From Candidatus Nomurabacteria bacterium (lineage in GTDB: Bacteria; Patescibacteriota; Minisyncoccia; Phycocordibacterales; UBA9973), in contig JARIGS010000016.1 in NCBI GenBank assembly GCA_029288725.1, positions 1 to 41,829 of the forward strand: a DNA stretch of 41,829 nucleotides. Reading direction: 5' to 3'. Of this stretch, positions 9,590-18,180 are shown one piece after another. The notes below the pieces were generated by a model. That model did no database searches. It was not told where the DNA came from and worked only from the letters and a program-made list of their open reading frames with translations. A program made the position numbers and the translations under genes. Each line of letters starts with the position of its first letter. Positions within the stretch are counted from its first letter, which is position 1.

Positions 9590-9629
9590 CAAAATGTAAA
9601 AAGCCTCCCATTTTCGGGAGGCATTTTTT

Positions 9630-10310
9630 TTATTCGAGTTCAATTGAGCCATAGATGGCTATTTCCTGGCGAGAATACACTGCCCACATTCGGTCTCCGT
9701 AACAGTAGTGCCACCATTCATTTGGATACCATACAAAATCTTCTTGTTCCATCGCTTCACGCAGTACCGCGCGGTTACTCTCTTGTTCTCTCGTTATCAG
9801 TTTTGAAAGCAGAGAATTTGGAAACATGGGGAATTTTTTCTTGACCTCAATACTGAAAGCTTCAGAAGGATAGGGACTTCCCATATCAAGTAATGTTCCA
9901 TCAGTATATGCCAATGCAACATCAACTGCTCCACCGCAATGATGGTTAGCTAGAGGGTGAGGAGGAGCAATCACCAAACGAATGGTTGCGGTAATTTGCT
10001 CGTCAGACCATGTAGGCTGCTCCTCTTTTAGCTTTAAAAAATTTCTATCCCAGGATTCTTTTTGATGCTCCATTGAACGATAGCCCTCAATAAGAACTAA
10101 TGTAATTCCAGTAGGAAGAGAGTTTGCAACTCGTATCAGTTTTTCTGCCACTGTTTTTCGTACCATGAATGATGCTTGGTATTGTTTAGCTTCAAGTCCG
10201 AGAATTATCTTTTTAGAAGGCTGGACTTCCACGAGGGGCTCGCCACTCTCGTAGATTGTAACGGCATCCCATGCAGAACGGGGAAGTGTCTTTTCTATTT
10301 GATTTTTCAT
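9630..10310 (-). CDS. D-Ala-D-Ala dipeptidase (M15D/VanX-like)
   Basis: EGYRS, HHCGGAVD, DMGS, EWWHY; start uncertain (10310 or 10337). Confidence 0.85.
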   Translation of the reverse strand: MKNQIEKTLPRSAWDAVTIYESGEPLVEVQPSKKIILGLEAKQYQASFMVRKTVAEKLIRVANSLPTGITLVLIEGYRSMEHQKESWDRNFLKLKEEQPTWSDEQITATIRLVIAPPHPLANHHCGGAVDVALAYTDGTLLDMGSPYPSEAFSIEVKKKFPMFPNSLLSKLITREQESNRAVLREAMEQEDFVWYPNEWWHYCYGDRMWAVYSRQEIAIYGSIELE

Positions 10311-10424
10311 ACTAATGCTTTTCCTGGACACTATCATACCTGAGTTTTATTGCCAACTCGATGTGCGTTACCGAATAACGCACACCTTTTTGTTTTCTCG
10401 ATATTTCTGCTAGTATAAAGGCCT

Positions 10425-11564
10425 ATGGGACTATCAATTGGAATTGTCGGGCTACCGAACGTGGGGAAGTCGACACTATTTAATGCATTAACGAAAAAGG
10501 GGGTACCGGCAGAGAACTACCCGTTTTGTACGATCGATCCGTCGGTCGGGATTGTGGCAGTGCCGGATGCACGTCTGCAGCAGCTTAGTGACTTTTCGAA
10601 GTCAGCAAAAACTATTCCCGGGGCGATTGAATTCGTGGATATTGCCGGACTAGTAGAAGGCGCATCGAAGGGTGAGGGATTGGGCAATAAGTTTCTTGCC
10701 AATATTCGTGAGACTGATGCGATTCTCGAAATGGTTCGCTTGTTTCCCATTGTCGGTGGCGGTACGGAAATCGCCCATGTCTATGGCAGTGTTGACCCAT
10801 TGCGTGACATTAGTGTCATCAATCTCGAGCTAATCCTGGCTGATTTTGAAACCGTAACAAAACGTCGTGGCAATCTCGCTCGCGATGTGAAGCGTGGTGA
10901 CAAGCCGGCAGTCCTAGAGGACGGCGCACTCGCACGTATCGAAGCGGCATTGGAAGGAGGAAAGCTTGCGAACACCGTTGATCTCACCGAAGAGGAATCA
11001 AAAGTGGTGCGACAGATGAATCTGCTCACGATGAAGAAGTTTCTCTACGGTCTTAACAAGCGCAGTGGCGCCGCTAACCTTGATGAAAGTGATCCGGTGA
11101 AATTTGCTGAATTGCTCACGGCAATTAGTGACAGCGGTGCACAATACGTCCTGCTTGATGCAAAAATCGAAGATGACTTGAAAGATTTTGAAGGTGCCGA
11201 GCGCCAAGAAATGCGCGAAGCGCTTACTGGCGAGGCATCCCGAGCGGAGCAAGGCGAAGTCGAGGGAGACGGAATAAATAACTTAATCACCAAGGCCTAC
11301 GAATTGCTCGGCCTCGAAACATTCTTTACGACCGGTGAGGACGAAACGCGTGCTTGGACTATTGCCAAACATTCTACTGCACCGATTGCCGGCACTGCCA
11401 TTCATACTGACTTCAAGGATAAGTTCATTCGTGCCGAAGTGGTGTACTGGAAAGACCTCCTCGACAGTGGTTCCTATGCCAATGCCCGTTCCAAAGGCCT
11501 CGTTCGCACTGAAGGGAAGGAATACATCGTGAAGGATGGGGATGTGATTGAATTCAAAATTTAA
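10425..11564 (+). CDS. ychF: ribosome-associated ATPase YchF
   Basis: GIVGLPNVGKST, NYPFCTIDP, DIAGLV, GEGLGNKFL, FIRAEV, EGKEYIVKDGD. Confidence 0.97.
   Translation: MGLSIGIVGLPNVGKSTLFNALTKKGVPAENYPFCTIDPSVGIVAVPDARLQQLSDFSKSAKTIPGAIEFVDIAGLVEGASKGEGLGNKFLANIRETDAILEMVRLFPIVGGGTEIAHVYGSVDPLRDISVINLELILADFETVTKRRGNLARDVKRGDKPAVLEDGALARIEAALEGGKLANTVDLTEEESKVVRQMNLLTMKKFLYGLNKRSGAANLDESDPVKFAELLTAISDSGAQYVLLDAKIEDDLKDFEGAERQEMREALTGEASRAEQGEVEGDGINNLITKAYELLGLETFFTTGEDETRAWTIAKHSTAPIAGTAIHTDFKDKFIRAEVVYWKDLLDSGSYANARSKGLVRTEGKEYIVKDGDVIEFKI
11238..11267 (+). repeat. in-frame palindromic insertion in ychF (SRAEQGEVEG)
   Basis: TCCCGAGCGGAGCAAGGCGAAGTCGAGGGA, 30 bp, related to the miaA element. 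Confidence 0.65.
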
Positions 11565-11566
11565 CC

Positions 11567-12136
11567 ATGAACGAATTTCTCATTACCACGCTTGCTCATA
11601 ACGGTCTCGCAATCATTGCTACCGACACGCTCTACGGCATCGTAGGGAAGGCAACTGAGAAGGAAGTAGTAGAGCATATCTATGAAGTTAAGGGGCGTGA
11701 CGAGAACAAGCCATTTATTATTCTTGTTCCTTCAATTGCAACTCTCGAAACATTCGGTGTATTGCTCACTGATAACGATAGAGAAAAAATCTCGCAATGG
11801 TGGCCAGGACCAGTGACCGTTATTTTGCCTGTTGCGCCAGCTTATCAGGAAGCATTGTCATACCTGCATCGTGGTACCAACGAACTAGCATTTCGCATGC
11901 CAGGCAAACCATCGTTGATCGAACTTTTGCAGCACACTGGTCCATTGGTGGCACCAAGCGCCAACCCACAGGGAAAGGAGCCGGCTCATACCATGGCGGA
12001 AGCAAAGGAATACTTTGGGGATGCTATTGCATACTATGAAGACGAAGGGGAAGTGCATGGGTTGCCTTCTACCATTGTTCGTTTACAAAACGGTGAAATA
12101 ACCGTTATTCGACAAGGAGCGATAAGTGTGGTGTAA
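11567..12136 (+). CDS. tsaC: L-threonylcarbamoyladenylate synthase (YrdC/Sua5)
   Basis: TDTLYG, KGR...KP, WPGP, APSAN, PSTI, RQG. Confidence 0.92.
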   Translation: MNEFLITTLAHNGLAIIATDTLYGIVGKATEKEVVEHIYEVKGRDENKPFIILVPSIATLETFGVLLTDNDREKISQWWPGPVTVILPVAPAYQEALSYLHRGTNELAFRMPGKPSLIELLQHTGPLVAPSANPQGKEPAHTMAEAKEYFGDAIAYYEDEGEVHGLPSTIVRLQNGEITVIRQGAISVV

Positions 12137-12137
12137 C

Positions 12138-12166
12138 TTGACTTTTATAAAAAGATTTGCTATAAT
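12138..12166 (+). promoter_or_regulatory. consensus sigma70 promoter
   Basis: TTGACT-17bp-TATAAT with TGn extension. Confidence 0.7.
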
Positions 12167-12209
12167 ATTTTTTAAGAAACTGTTGGTTTTACAATAAAAA
12201 ACGAAACGA

Positions 12210-12557
12210 ATGATAACAAATGCACTCCCTGTTGATTGTTTTGATTCAGAAAATCAGGCACAACTAAAATCACGCCGCATCGCGGTGAGCGTCTTATCCG
12301 TTATTCATATTGTTATGCTCTTAGGCGCCCTCCTTCTTGCTGCTCTACCTTCTGTTACTGCTCTTACGTCGCTTAAATTTGCGACATTCTGGTTCATATT
12401 TTTTTGGCCAGTGCATTACATGCGAAGGTTAGTTGGCATGAATAAGAAATCGGTTATAGCAATCGCTTTCGAATATGCCGAAATTATTTGGTTTGTCGCA
12501 ATATTTATTCTCGTCCTTCAGGTATTTTTTCCGATTCCTCACCTACCGGCTGAATAA
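12210..12557 (+). CDS. hypothetical 3-TM membrane protein
   Basis: Hydrophobic ORF between a promoter and the hairpin at 12571-12601. Confidence 0.65.
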   Translation: MITNALPVDCFDSENQAQLKSRRIAVSVLSVIHIVMLLGALLLAALPSVTALTSLKFATFWFIFFWPVHYMRRLVGMNKKSVIAIAFEYAEIIWFVAIFILVLQVFFPIPHLPAE

Positions 12558-12608
12558 AAGACAATGCCTATAAAAAAGTCCCGTCATCAAACGGGGCTTT
12601 TCTTGTGC

Positions 12609-13166
12609 TTATTTCTTCTTCAATTCCTCAATTTCTTTTTGCAGCGTCATCAGCGTGGATTGGATGGCGGTGAGCGTTTCCAACTCCTTTTTTTCATGCT
12701 CCGCTTCGGCTTCATCACCCACAATATCCTCCTGGATCTCGTCGACATCCTTTTGAATCTCATCCACGTCCTTCTCAATGCCTTCGACGTCTTCCTGAAT
12801 CTCATCCACGTCTTTTTGGATTTCATCGACATCCTCACCGATTTCCTCGATATCCTCCTGGATCTCGTCGACGTCTTCTTGAATTTCCTCAATGTCAGCA
12901 GTGTTCTTGTTCACGGCCATCTGAATAAAGATATTCATATAGATTGCTTCAAGTGACACTGCGGTAGTGACCACGAGCAATACGACATCAAATGGAATAT
13001 GAAAAAAGGGAAGCAGTGCTGCCACGATAAAAAGAATGGTGTGCACCACCAATGATGTCGTTGATCCAAGCCACGTTGTCGCCGACTCCGCGCTCTGCTC
13101 AAGCCATGTTTTCTGAGATTCCTTCTTTGCTACTTTCTTCTTTTTCTTCTTTTGAGCAGCAACCAT
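12609..13166 (-). CDS. DUF1003-like membrane protein with an acidic coiled-coil tail
   Basis: WLGS...HT..F and TTAVSLEAIYM.IFIQM TM hairpin; heptad repeats. Confidence 0.8.
   Translation of the reverse strand: MVAAQKKKKKKVAKKESQKTWLEQSAESATTWLGSTTSLVVHTILFIVAALLPFFHIPFDVVLLVVTTAVSLEAIYMNIFIQMAVNKNTADIEEIQEDVDEIQEDIEEIGEDVDEIQKDVDEIQEDVEGIEKDVDEIQKDVDEIQEDIVGDEAEAEHEKKELETLTAIQSTLMTLQKEIEELKKK
12729..12896 (-). repeat. 8 x 21-bp coding tandem repeat (consensus DVDEIQE/K)
   Basis: DIEEIQE DVDEIQE DIEEIGE DVDEIQK DVDEIQE DVEGIEK DVDEIQK DVDEIQE. Confidence 0.9.
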
Positions 13167-13210
13167 ACCCTATGGTGTACCATATTTACATGAAGAAAGG
13201 CAAACAAAAA

Positions 13211-13240
13211 AAGGGGAAACATTAAATAATGTTTCCCCTT
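13211..13240 (-). terminator. intrinsic terminator
   Basis: AAGGGGAAACATT-AAAT-AATGTTTCCCCTT with a T-run on the - strand. Confidence 0.75.
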
Positions 13241-13252
13241 GAGGTTAGTGTA

Positions 13253-14581
13253 TCAATGAACTGAATGTTCATGCATAACAATCTTTTTTAGCTGTTCGGC
13301 TAATGGACCCTGTGCGCCCTTTGAGCGGGCTTCGTGGCAGCGAGGTAATCCATAGTTGTACAATGGACAACGGCCTTTCACACAGTCATTTTTTCTGCAT
13401 TGCTTTTCGAATCGAGGCTCAAAGTAATCAGTGTCAAATGCAATCAGTATGGCGTCAGTGACGTCTTCTACTGAAAGAAATGTTCCGATCAATCCCTCAA
13501 CGTCCGGGTCAACTTTTGACCCGTTTGAAATGACGCCGGTTGCTTCGTCAAAGTATATTTCCGGCACCAGATCCAGCATCTCGCCCTTTCCCAGTTCTTT
13601 GAACTGAATAGGCTGCTTGCCAGCGGCCCGCATTACCATTTGGCGAAGAATCTTCACTACTGGTCTCATTTCCTCAGCTTTGATGTATTGCTGATTTGGC
13701 ATGAGCACGAATTGGCCATTTGGTTTGTGAAGAAACAATACACCAAGCTTTTTGGTTCTGTTGTCTCTCCATTTGCTTTGTACCACTTTGTTCATTACTG
13801 GTATGCCACTCTTTATTTCAAGAATGACAAACGGTATGTTTTTTTGTGGTGTCACCAGGTCAATTTCGTGTTTCGGTGCAGTTTCGTACGCGTGTTCGGC
13901 ATCCAGAAATAGCTTACTTTGGGCAATCTCGTTGTCATAAAACTTAAATGCCATTTCAAATTCTTTTTTCTGGAGTTCCGGATCAGAGCCCGCTGCCTCA
14001 AAGCCCTTTTTAAGGTTTTGAGCAAAGGCACCAATCTGTAACTTTTGTAGCATTTCTACTTCCTCGCGGTATAACTTACGGTCACCATCTCCACGAAGAC
14101 GGTTGAGGCATTGCATAACGTTATCGCCATTACTATCCTCAAAGTTTACATAATCGATAAGTTTTCCGTACATTTTGCGGTCGTTCTTATCTCTCTGTAG
14201 GTCAAGTAGGGTTACTACTAGTTCTGTGCAGGAAGAGGCTTTTGTACGACTCCCATGTTCATCTAGGGGGCCATTGCCTAATCCTAACAAAAGTAAGCCT
14301 TTTTGCAGAGCTTTGAAGAATCCCTGTTTTCCCAACATATCTTCTTTGCGCAATGTGGTTGTACTGATACAACCAAATGATGCATGTTCGATCTCCGGGA
14401 ATAGGTGTCTTCCTTGTGGAGTATGTGACAGAAGATAGCCGGCGCATAACTCATCATTGTGCGGACCATAATGGGTGCCAACGGTGGTAATGCCGGAGAT
14501 AGGGGTGCGATCGTAGTAAGCCTTTTTAATCTCTTCGATACTCGCAGTCAAACAGTTAACAGATTTCTGATTCTGATCCAT
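13253..14581 (-). CDS. hypothetical protein, possibly a divergent MYG1/DHH-like phosphoesterase with a C-terminal Cys cluster
   Basis: THYGPHNDE and LDEH motifs; C-x4-C-x4-C-x9-C tail; TTGACT-17bp-TATTGT promoter at 14649-14677. Confidence 0.55.
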   Translation of the reverse strand: MDQNQKSVNCLTASIEEIKKAYYDRTPISGITTVGTHYGPHNDELCAGYLLSHTPQGRHLFPEIEHASFGCISTTTLRKEDMLGKQGFFKALQKGLLLLGLGNGPLDEHGSRTKASSCTELVVTLLDLQRDKNDRKMYGKLIDYVNFEDSNGDNVMQCLNRLRGDGDRKLYREEVEMLQKLQIGAFAQNLKKGFEAAGSDPELQKKEFEMAFKFYDNEIAQSKLFLDAEHAYETAPKHEIDLVTPQKNIPFVILEIKSGIPVMNKVVQSKWRDNRTKKLGVLFLHKPNGQFVLMPNQQYIKAEEMRPVVKILRQMVMRAAGKQPIQFKELGKGEMLDLVPEIYFDEATGVISNGSKVDPDVEGLIGTFLSVEDVTDAILIAFDTDYFEPRFEKQCRKNDCVKGRCPLYNYGLPRCHEARSKGAQGPLAEQLKKIVMHEHSVH

Positions 14582-14727
14582 TTTTTTAGGTTTTTATTTT
14601 GTTTTCAATCTGTCACATTATGCCGGACAGGTTCGGCGATTTGTTTATACAATAACATATATTGGCTAAAAAGTCAATATACCGGTAATTTGCTCCAATA
14701 GGGGAGTTATGCTATAGTTTTGCCACT

Positions 14728-14886
14728 ATGGCACAGCAAAACCTCGTAAAATTGGTAAATAAGGAATCCGGCGAAACCTACTGGACAAGCAAAAATAAGA
14801 AAAAGCTTGCAGGTATTAAGTTGGAATTTAAGAAATACAGTAAGAAACTCCGTAAGGTAATTACCTTTAAGGAAGCGAAGAAATAA
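14728..14886 (+). CDS. rpmG: 50S ribosomal protein L33, Cys-free form (not in the ORF track)
   Basis: MAQQNLVKLVNKESGETYWTSKNKKKLAGIKLEFKKYSKKLRKVITFKEAKK; hairpin at 14889-14917. Confidence 0.92.
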   Translation: MAQQNLVKLVNKESGETYWTSKNKKKLAGIKLEFKKYSKKLRKVITFKEAKK

Positions 14887-14948
14887 GCAAAAAAAGTGGC
14901 TCAAAGCCACTTTTTTTGTTATAGTTTCCAGGCACTTACGCAATCAAA

Positions 14949-15019
14949 GGGCGATTAGTTTAGTGGTAGAACGAAGGTCTCCAAAACCTTTGGTGGGGGT
15001 CCGATTCCCTCATCGCCCG
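14949..15019 (+). tRNA. trnW: tRNA-Trp(CCA)
   Basis: Acceptor GGGCGAT/ATCGCCC; anticodon arm AAGGT-CTCCAAA-ACCTT; T-loop TCCGATT. Confidence 0.92.
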
Positions 15020-15058
15020 CCTTCGCCTCGCTGAAGCTTCGGCTACGGCGAGGCAAAG
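15016..15058 (+). repeat. REP-like palindrome fused to the tRNA-Trp 3' end
   Basis: CCCGCCTTCGCCTCGCTGAAGCTTCGGCTACGGCGAGGCAAAG, related to the mpg and dprA inserts. Confidence 0.65.
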
Positions 15059-15156
15059 CCCGCAAAGTAGCTGGTGCGAAAGCGGGTTTTCCTTAATGAA
15101 TTTTATTTTATTATTCCTTAATTAAAAATTGATAGTCATTTTGCTATTGTTTTCAA

Positions 15157-15468
15157 ATGCATTATGTCTATCAATTAAAACTTAAAGATGGTTATTATGT
15201 TGGTTGTACAAATAACTTAAAAGATAGAATTCATCGACATGCGAATGGACAAATTGAAGCGACAAAAAATAGATTGCCTCTGATATTGCAAACTTACACT
15301 GCTTTTGCGAATAGATATGCGGCCTATGGATTTGAAAAATATTTAAAATCTGGATCAGGAAGAGCTTTTGCCAATAAGCATTTTTATCAGAATTTAAACA
15401 GTAAGTTTATACCCAATATAAATTCCGACGAAGCCACCGATGGCGGTGAGGAAGATAGAGGCAAGTGA
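15157..15468 (+). CDS. stand-alone GIY-YIG nuclease
   Basis: YVY...YYVGCTNNLKDRI..H, EKYLKSGSGR; AT-rich. Confidence 0.88.
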   Translation: MHYVYQLKLKDGYYVGCTNNLKDRIHRHANGQIEATKNRLPLILQTYTAFANRYAAYGFEKYLKSGSGRAFANKHFYQNLNSKFIPNINSDEATDGGEEDRGK

Positions 15469-15558
15469 CAGAAAATTATCACCCCATACCAAAGGAACAA
15501 AACTTCCAATCGTGGAGCCAATGACGGTGAATGTCATGATCGTTTGTTTCTGATTCAT
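15394..15558 (-). CDS. small 2-TM Gly-rich membrane protein, 54 aa (not in the ORF track)
   Basis: MNQKQTIMTFTVIGSTIGSFVPLVWGDNFLSLASIFLTAIGGFVGIYIGYKLTV; ATGA overlap with the mpg stop. Confidence 0.75.
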   Translation of the reverse strand: MNQKQTIMTFTVIGSTIGSFVPLVWGDNFLSLASIFLTAIGGFVGIYIGYKLTV

Positions 15559-16136
15559 GATTTTAGTACAAACCGATATTCCTTATTTGCCCAAATCGGG
15601 CCGGCATAGTCCACACCAATACGAGCAGTGCGGACAATTTTTCTCCCTTGTCTCGCCATAGCTTTAGCGGAGGCCGGATTGTTTTTATCATTGGGGATTT
15701 CCACCCAAAGACCGGTGTCCGTGCCGAGTACTTTGCCATTGAGCATTCGAGTGATGCCCAATCGCTTTGCAACCCTGCCAGGACCAACGATTGGCTCGAC
15801 AGCATCCTTGGTTACTTTTTCAACTCCGCGAATGAGGACAGCTGCCGGATACTCCTTTTCACCCGTTACGATATTGAGCATGTTATGCATGCCATAGATA
15901 AGGAAGACATAGATCGTGCCGGCTTGCTGATACATCACTTCGGTTCGGGCAGTGCGGCCTTTGGAAGAATGGCTGGCAAGATCGTGTGGACCAACATACG
16001 CTTCAGTTTCGGTAATCATATAGCGCGTGATGCCATCGGCATCACGCCTGACCAAATAACAGCCCAGCAATTCCTTTGCCACAACCAATGCTGATCTATT
16101 GAAAAATGAAAGGGGAGCCTTTTTATTACTTTGCAT
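15555..16136 (-). CDS. mpg: 3-methyladenine DNA glycosylase (AAG/Mpg family)
   Basis: ITETEAY, DLASH, YVFLIYGMH, AVLIR, GPGR, RIGV. Confidence 0.92.
   Translation of the reverse strand: MQSNKKAPLSFFNRSALVVAKELLGCYLVRRDADGITRYMITETEAYVGPHDLASHSSKGRTARTEVMYQQAGTIYVFLIYGMHNMLNIVTGEKEYPAAVLIRGVEKVTKDAVEPIVGPGRVAKRLGITRMLNGKVLGTDTGLWVEIPNDKNNPASAKAMARQGRKIVRTARIGVDYAGPIWANKEYRFVLKS
15645..15677 (-). repeat. in-frame palindromic insertion in mpg (PASAKAMARQG)
   Basis: CCGGCCTCCGCTAAAGCTATGGCGAGACAAGGG, 33 bp. Confidence 0.65.
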
Positions 16137-16986
16137 ATTTTTTAAACCATGTTCGCTGACGCTTGGCGTACTGCCAGATGGCGGCTTCAAGTTGTGTAAG
16201 CATACTTGCCCTGAGCGAAGTCGAAGGGTCTGGTTCAGATAGTTTTTCTTGGAGCATTAGCGCGACATATCGGTACTCCAATCCCAGGGCTTCCAGTCTT
16301 TTCCATGACAATCCTTCAGCGTGCAATGTGGCGACTTCCTGCACCATGCCTTCCTTCATTCTTTTAATAAGGCGAGTGTGAATGCGGCCCTTTAGTATTT
16401 CATCAGGAAAATCCAGGTATATCCATTCAACAGCGTACTTAGTAGAACGGACTACCGGCGGTACCTTGCCCAATGCATCAGCAATTTCAATGGCGCGGAT
16501 CATTCTTACTTTGTTGTGAATATCGATCGACTCATAGCGATCAATATCAAGTGTTTGCAATTTTTGACGTAATGCATCAAGTGAAAGGAGCTCCAAACTT
16601 TTTCGCAATTCTTTGTTCGGTGCTACGGCCGGAAATTGCTGACCAAAGACTACGGCATCGATATAGAAGCCGGTGCCGCCGACTATGATAGGGACATGGT
16701 TGCGCTTGATGATCTGTTGTATGGTCTTGTCCGCCAATTTTTTATATTGAGCAACGCTGAAGGTGCGCTTAGGGCTGGCGACATCAAGGAGGTGGTGAGG
16801 GATACCCTGCATCTCCTTCACCGTGATTTTGCCACTGCCAATATCCAACCCTTTGTAGACTTGGCGCGAATCAGCCGAGATAATTTCCGCCCCAATGCCT
16901 TGTTTGGCCAGGTCTTTTGCAAGATTGACTGCATAGTCTGATTTGCCAGTGGCCGTCGGGCCACAGATGACGATAAGCTTGTGCAT
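16126..16986 (-). CDS. miaA: tRNA dimethylallyltransferase
   Basis: GPTATGKS, ISADSRQVY, VGGTGFY, YAKRQRTWF. Confidence 0.96.
   Translation of the reverse strand: MHKLIVICGPTATGKSDYAVNLAKDLAKQGIGAEIISADSRQVYKGLDIGSGKITVKEMQGIPHHLLDVASPKRTFSVAQYKKLADKTIQQIIKRNHVPIIVGGTGFYIDAVVFGQQFPAVAPNKELRKSLELLSLDALRQKLQTLDIDRYESIDIHNKVRMIRAIEIADALGKVPPVVRSTKYAVEWIYLDFPDEILKGRIHTRLIKRMKEGMVQEVATLHAEGLSWKRLEALGLEYRYVALMLQEKLSEPDPSTSLRASMLTQLEAAIWQYAKRQRTWFKKYAK
16204..16228 (-). repeat. in-frame palindromic insertion in miaA (PSTSLRAS)
   Basis: CCCTTCGACTTCGCTCAGGGCAAGT. Confidence 0.7.
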
Positions 16987-17051
16987 ACTGCGATTCTATC
17001 ATAGAATTACGGGCACGGGTCGCCGTCGCTTTCGGGCTTTGGCGTACCAAT

Positions 17052-17134
17052 GCCGATGTGGCGGAATGGTAGACGCGATCGACTCAAAATCGATTACTCG
17101 CAAGGGTGTGGAGGTTCGAGTCCTCTCTTCGGCA
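17052..17134 (+). tRNA. trnL: tRNA-Leu(CAA)
   Basis: Anticodon arm ATCGA-CTCAAAA-TCGAT, long variable arm, GGAGG-TTCGAGT-CCTCT; terminator at 17141-17166. Confidence 0.93.
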
Positions 17135-17184
17135 CAAGAAAGAAAAAGCCCCTCGGGGCTTTTTCTTTATGCTACACTATTCCC

Positions 17185-18180
17185 ATGTCCAATTTGTATA
17201 GCAACTCAATTTTCTTTATCGAGGTCGAAAAGATTGTTCCCAATCCCTATCAGCCCCGTCGTGAGTTCGAGCCAGGTCCACTGAAAGACCTCTCGGATTC
17301 CATTCGTCAGTATGGCATTCTCCAGCCGCTGACCGTCTCACGCGTTGAACGCGAGACCCCTGATGGTGGACTGATCACCGAATACGAATTAATTGCCGGT
17401 GAGCGTCGCTTGCGCGCCTCCAAACTTGCTGGATTGCGTGAAGTGCCTGCGATCATTCGTGTTGGTGATGATTCAATGATGAAATTGGAATTGGCAATCA
17501 TCGAAAACCTCCAGCGTGAGGACCTCAATGCTGTTGAGCGCGCTCGCGCCTTTGCGCGATTGGTGGAGGAATTCAAATTCACTCATACCCAGATCGGTCA
17601 GAAGGTAGGGAAGAGTCGTGAATACGTTTCCAACACTGTTCGCTTACTTGCATTGCCTCAGGATATTCTTGACGCGCTTTCAAATGGCAAAATCAATGAA
17701 GGTCACACCCGTCCGTTGCTGATGCTTTCCAACCGTCCTGAAGAACAGGCAACGCTGTTCAAGGAAATTCAATTCCGTAAAATCACCGTTCGTGAGGCGG
17801 AGCGCATTGCTCGCCGTATCGCCGTTGAAAAGGTGCGCAAGCAAAATCTCATCCCTAATGCCGAACTGATGCAGATTGAACATCAGCTTCAGGAAAGCCT
17901 CGGCACTCGCGTTCATATCGAGCCAAAGGAAGCGGGCGGCAAGATTACCATCGACTATTTCTCCAATGAGGACCTCGACCTTATTTTGGGTGTGCTTAGC
18001 AAGACGAAGGAAGTTGCTGCGCCTGTAGCGGTCTCAGTACAAGAAGAAACAATCTTCGAGCCATCTCCAGAATCAGAAAAAGAAGCTATTACAGAGCTAG
18101 ATGATCGAAATATCGAAGAAGTGCAAAAGAGTGAAGAAGAAGTGGACGATCTCTACAACCTCAAGAATTTTTCCTTGTAG
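17185..18180 (+). CDS. parB: chromosome partitioning protein ParB/Spo0J
   Basis: PNPYQPR, GILQP, IAGERRLRA, IIENLQREDL, HTH; start 6 nt after TACACT. Confidence 0.93.
   Translation: MSNLYSNSIFFIEVEKIVPNPYQPRREFEPGPLKDLSDSIRQYGILQPLTVSRVERETPDGGLITEYELIAGERRLRASKLAGLREVPAIIRVGDDSMMKLELAIIENLQREDLNAVERARAFARLVEEFKFTHTQIGQKVGKSREYVSNTVRLLALPQDILDALSNGKINEGHTRPLLMLSNRPEEQATLFKEIQFRKITVREAERIARRIAVEKVRKQNLIPNAELMQIEHQLQESLGTRVHIEPKEAGGKITIDYFSNEDLDLILGVLSKTKEVAAPVAVSVQEETIFEPSPESEKEAITELDDRNIEEVQKSEEEVDDLYNLKNFSL

Noticed and set aside
12729-12896. Possible CRISPR array
   Set aside because: Spacer-less degenerate 21-bp coding repeat; no cas genes in the window.
12564-12956. 130-aa + strand Leu/Phe-rich ORF
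   Set aside because: Antisense shadow of the heptad repeat in the DUF1003-like gene.
14707-14943. 78-aa - strand ORF
   Set aside because: Shadow of rpmG, which is on the + strand.
17050-17184. N-terminal extension of ParB through tRNA-Leu
   Set aside because: Overlaps a tRNA and its terminator; the real start is ATG 17185 after TACACT.
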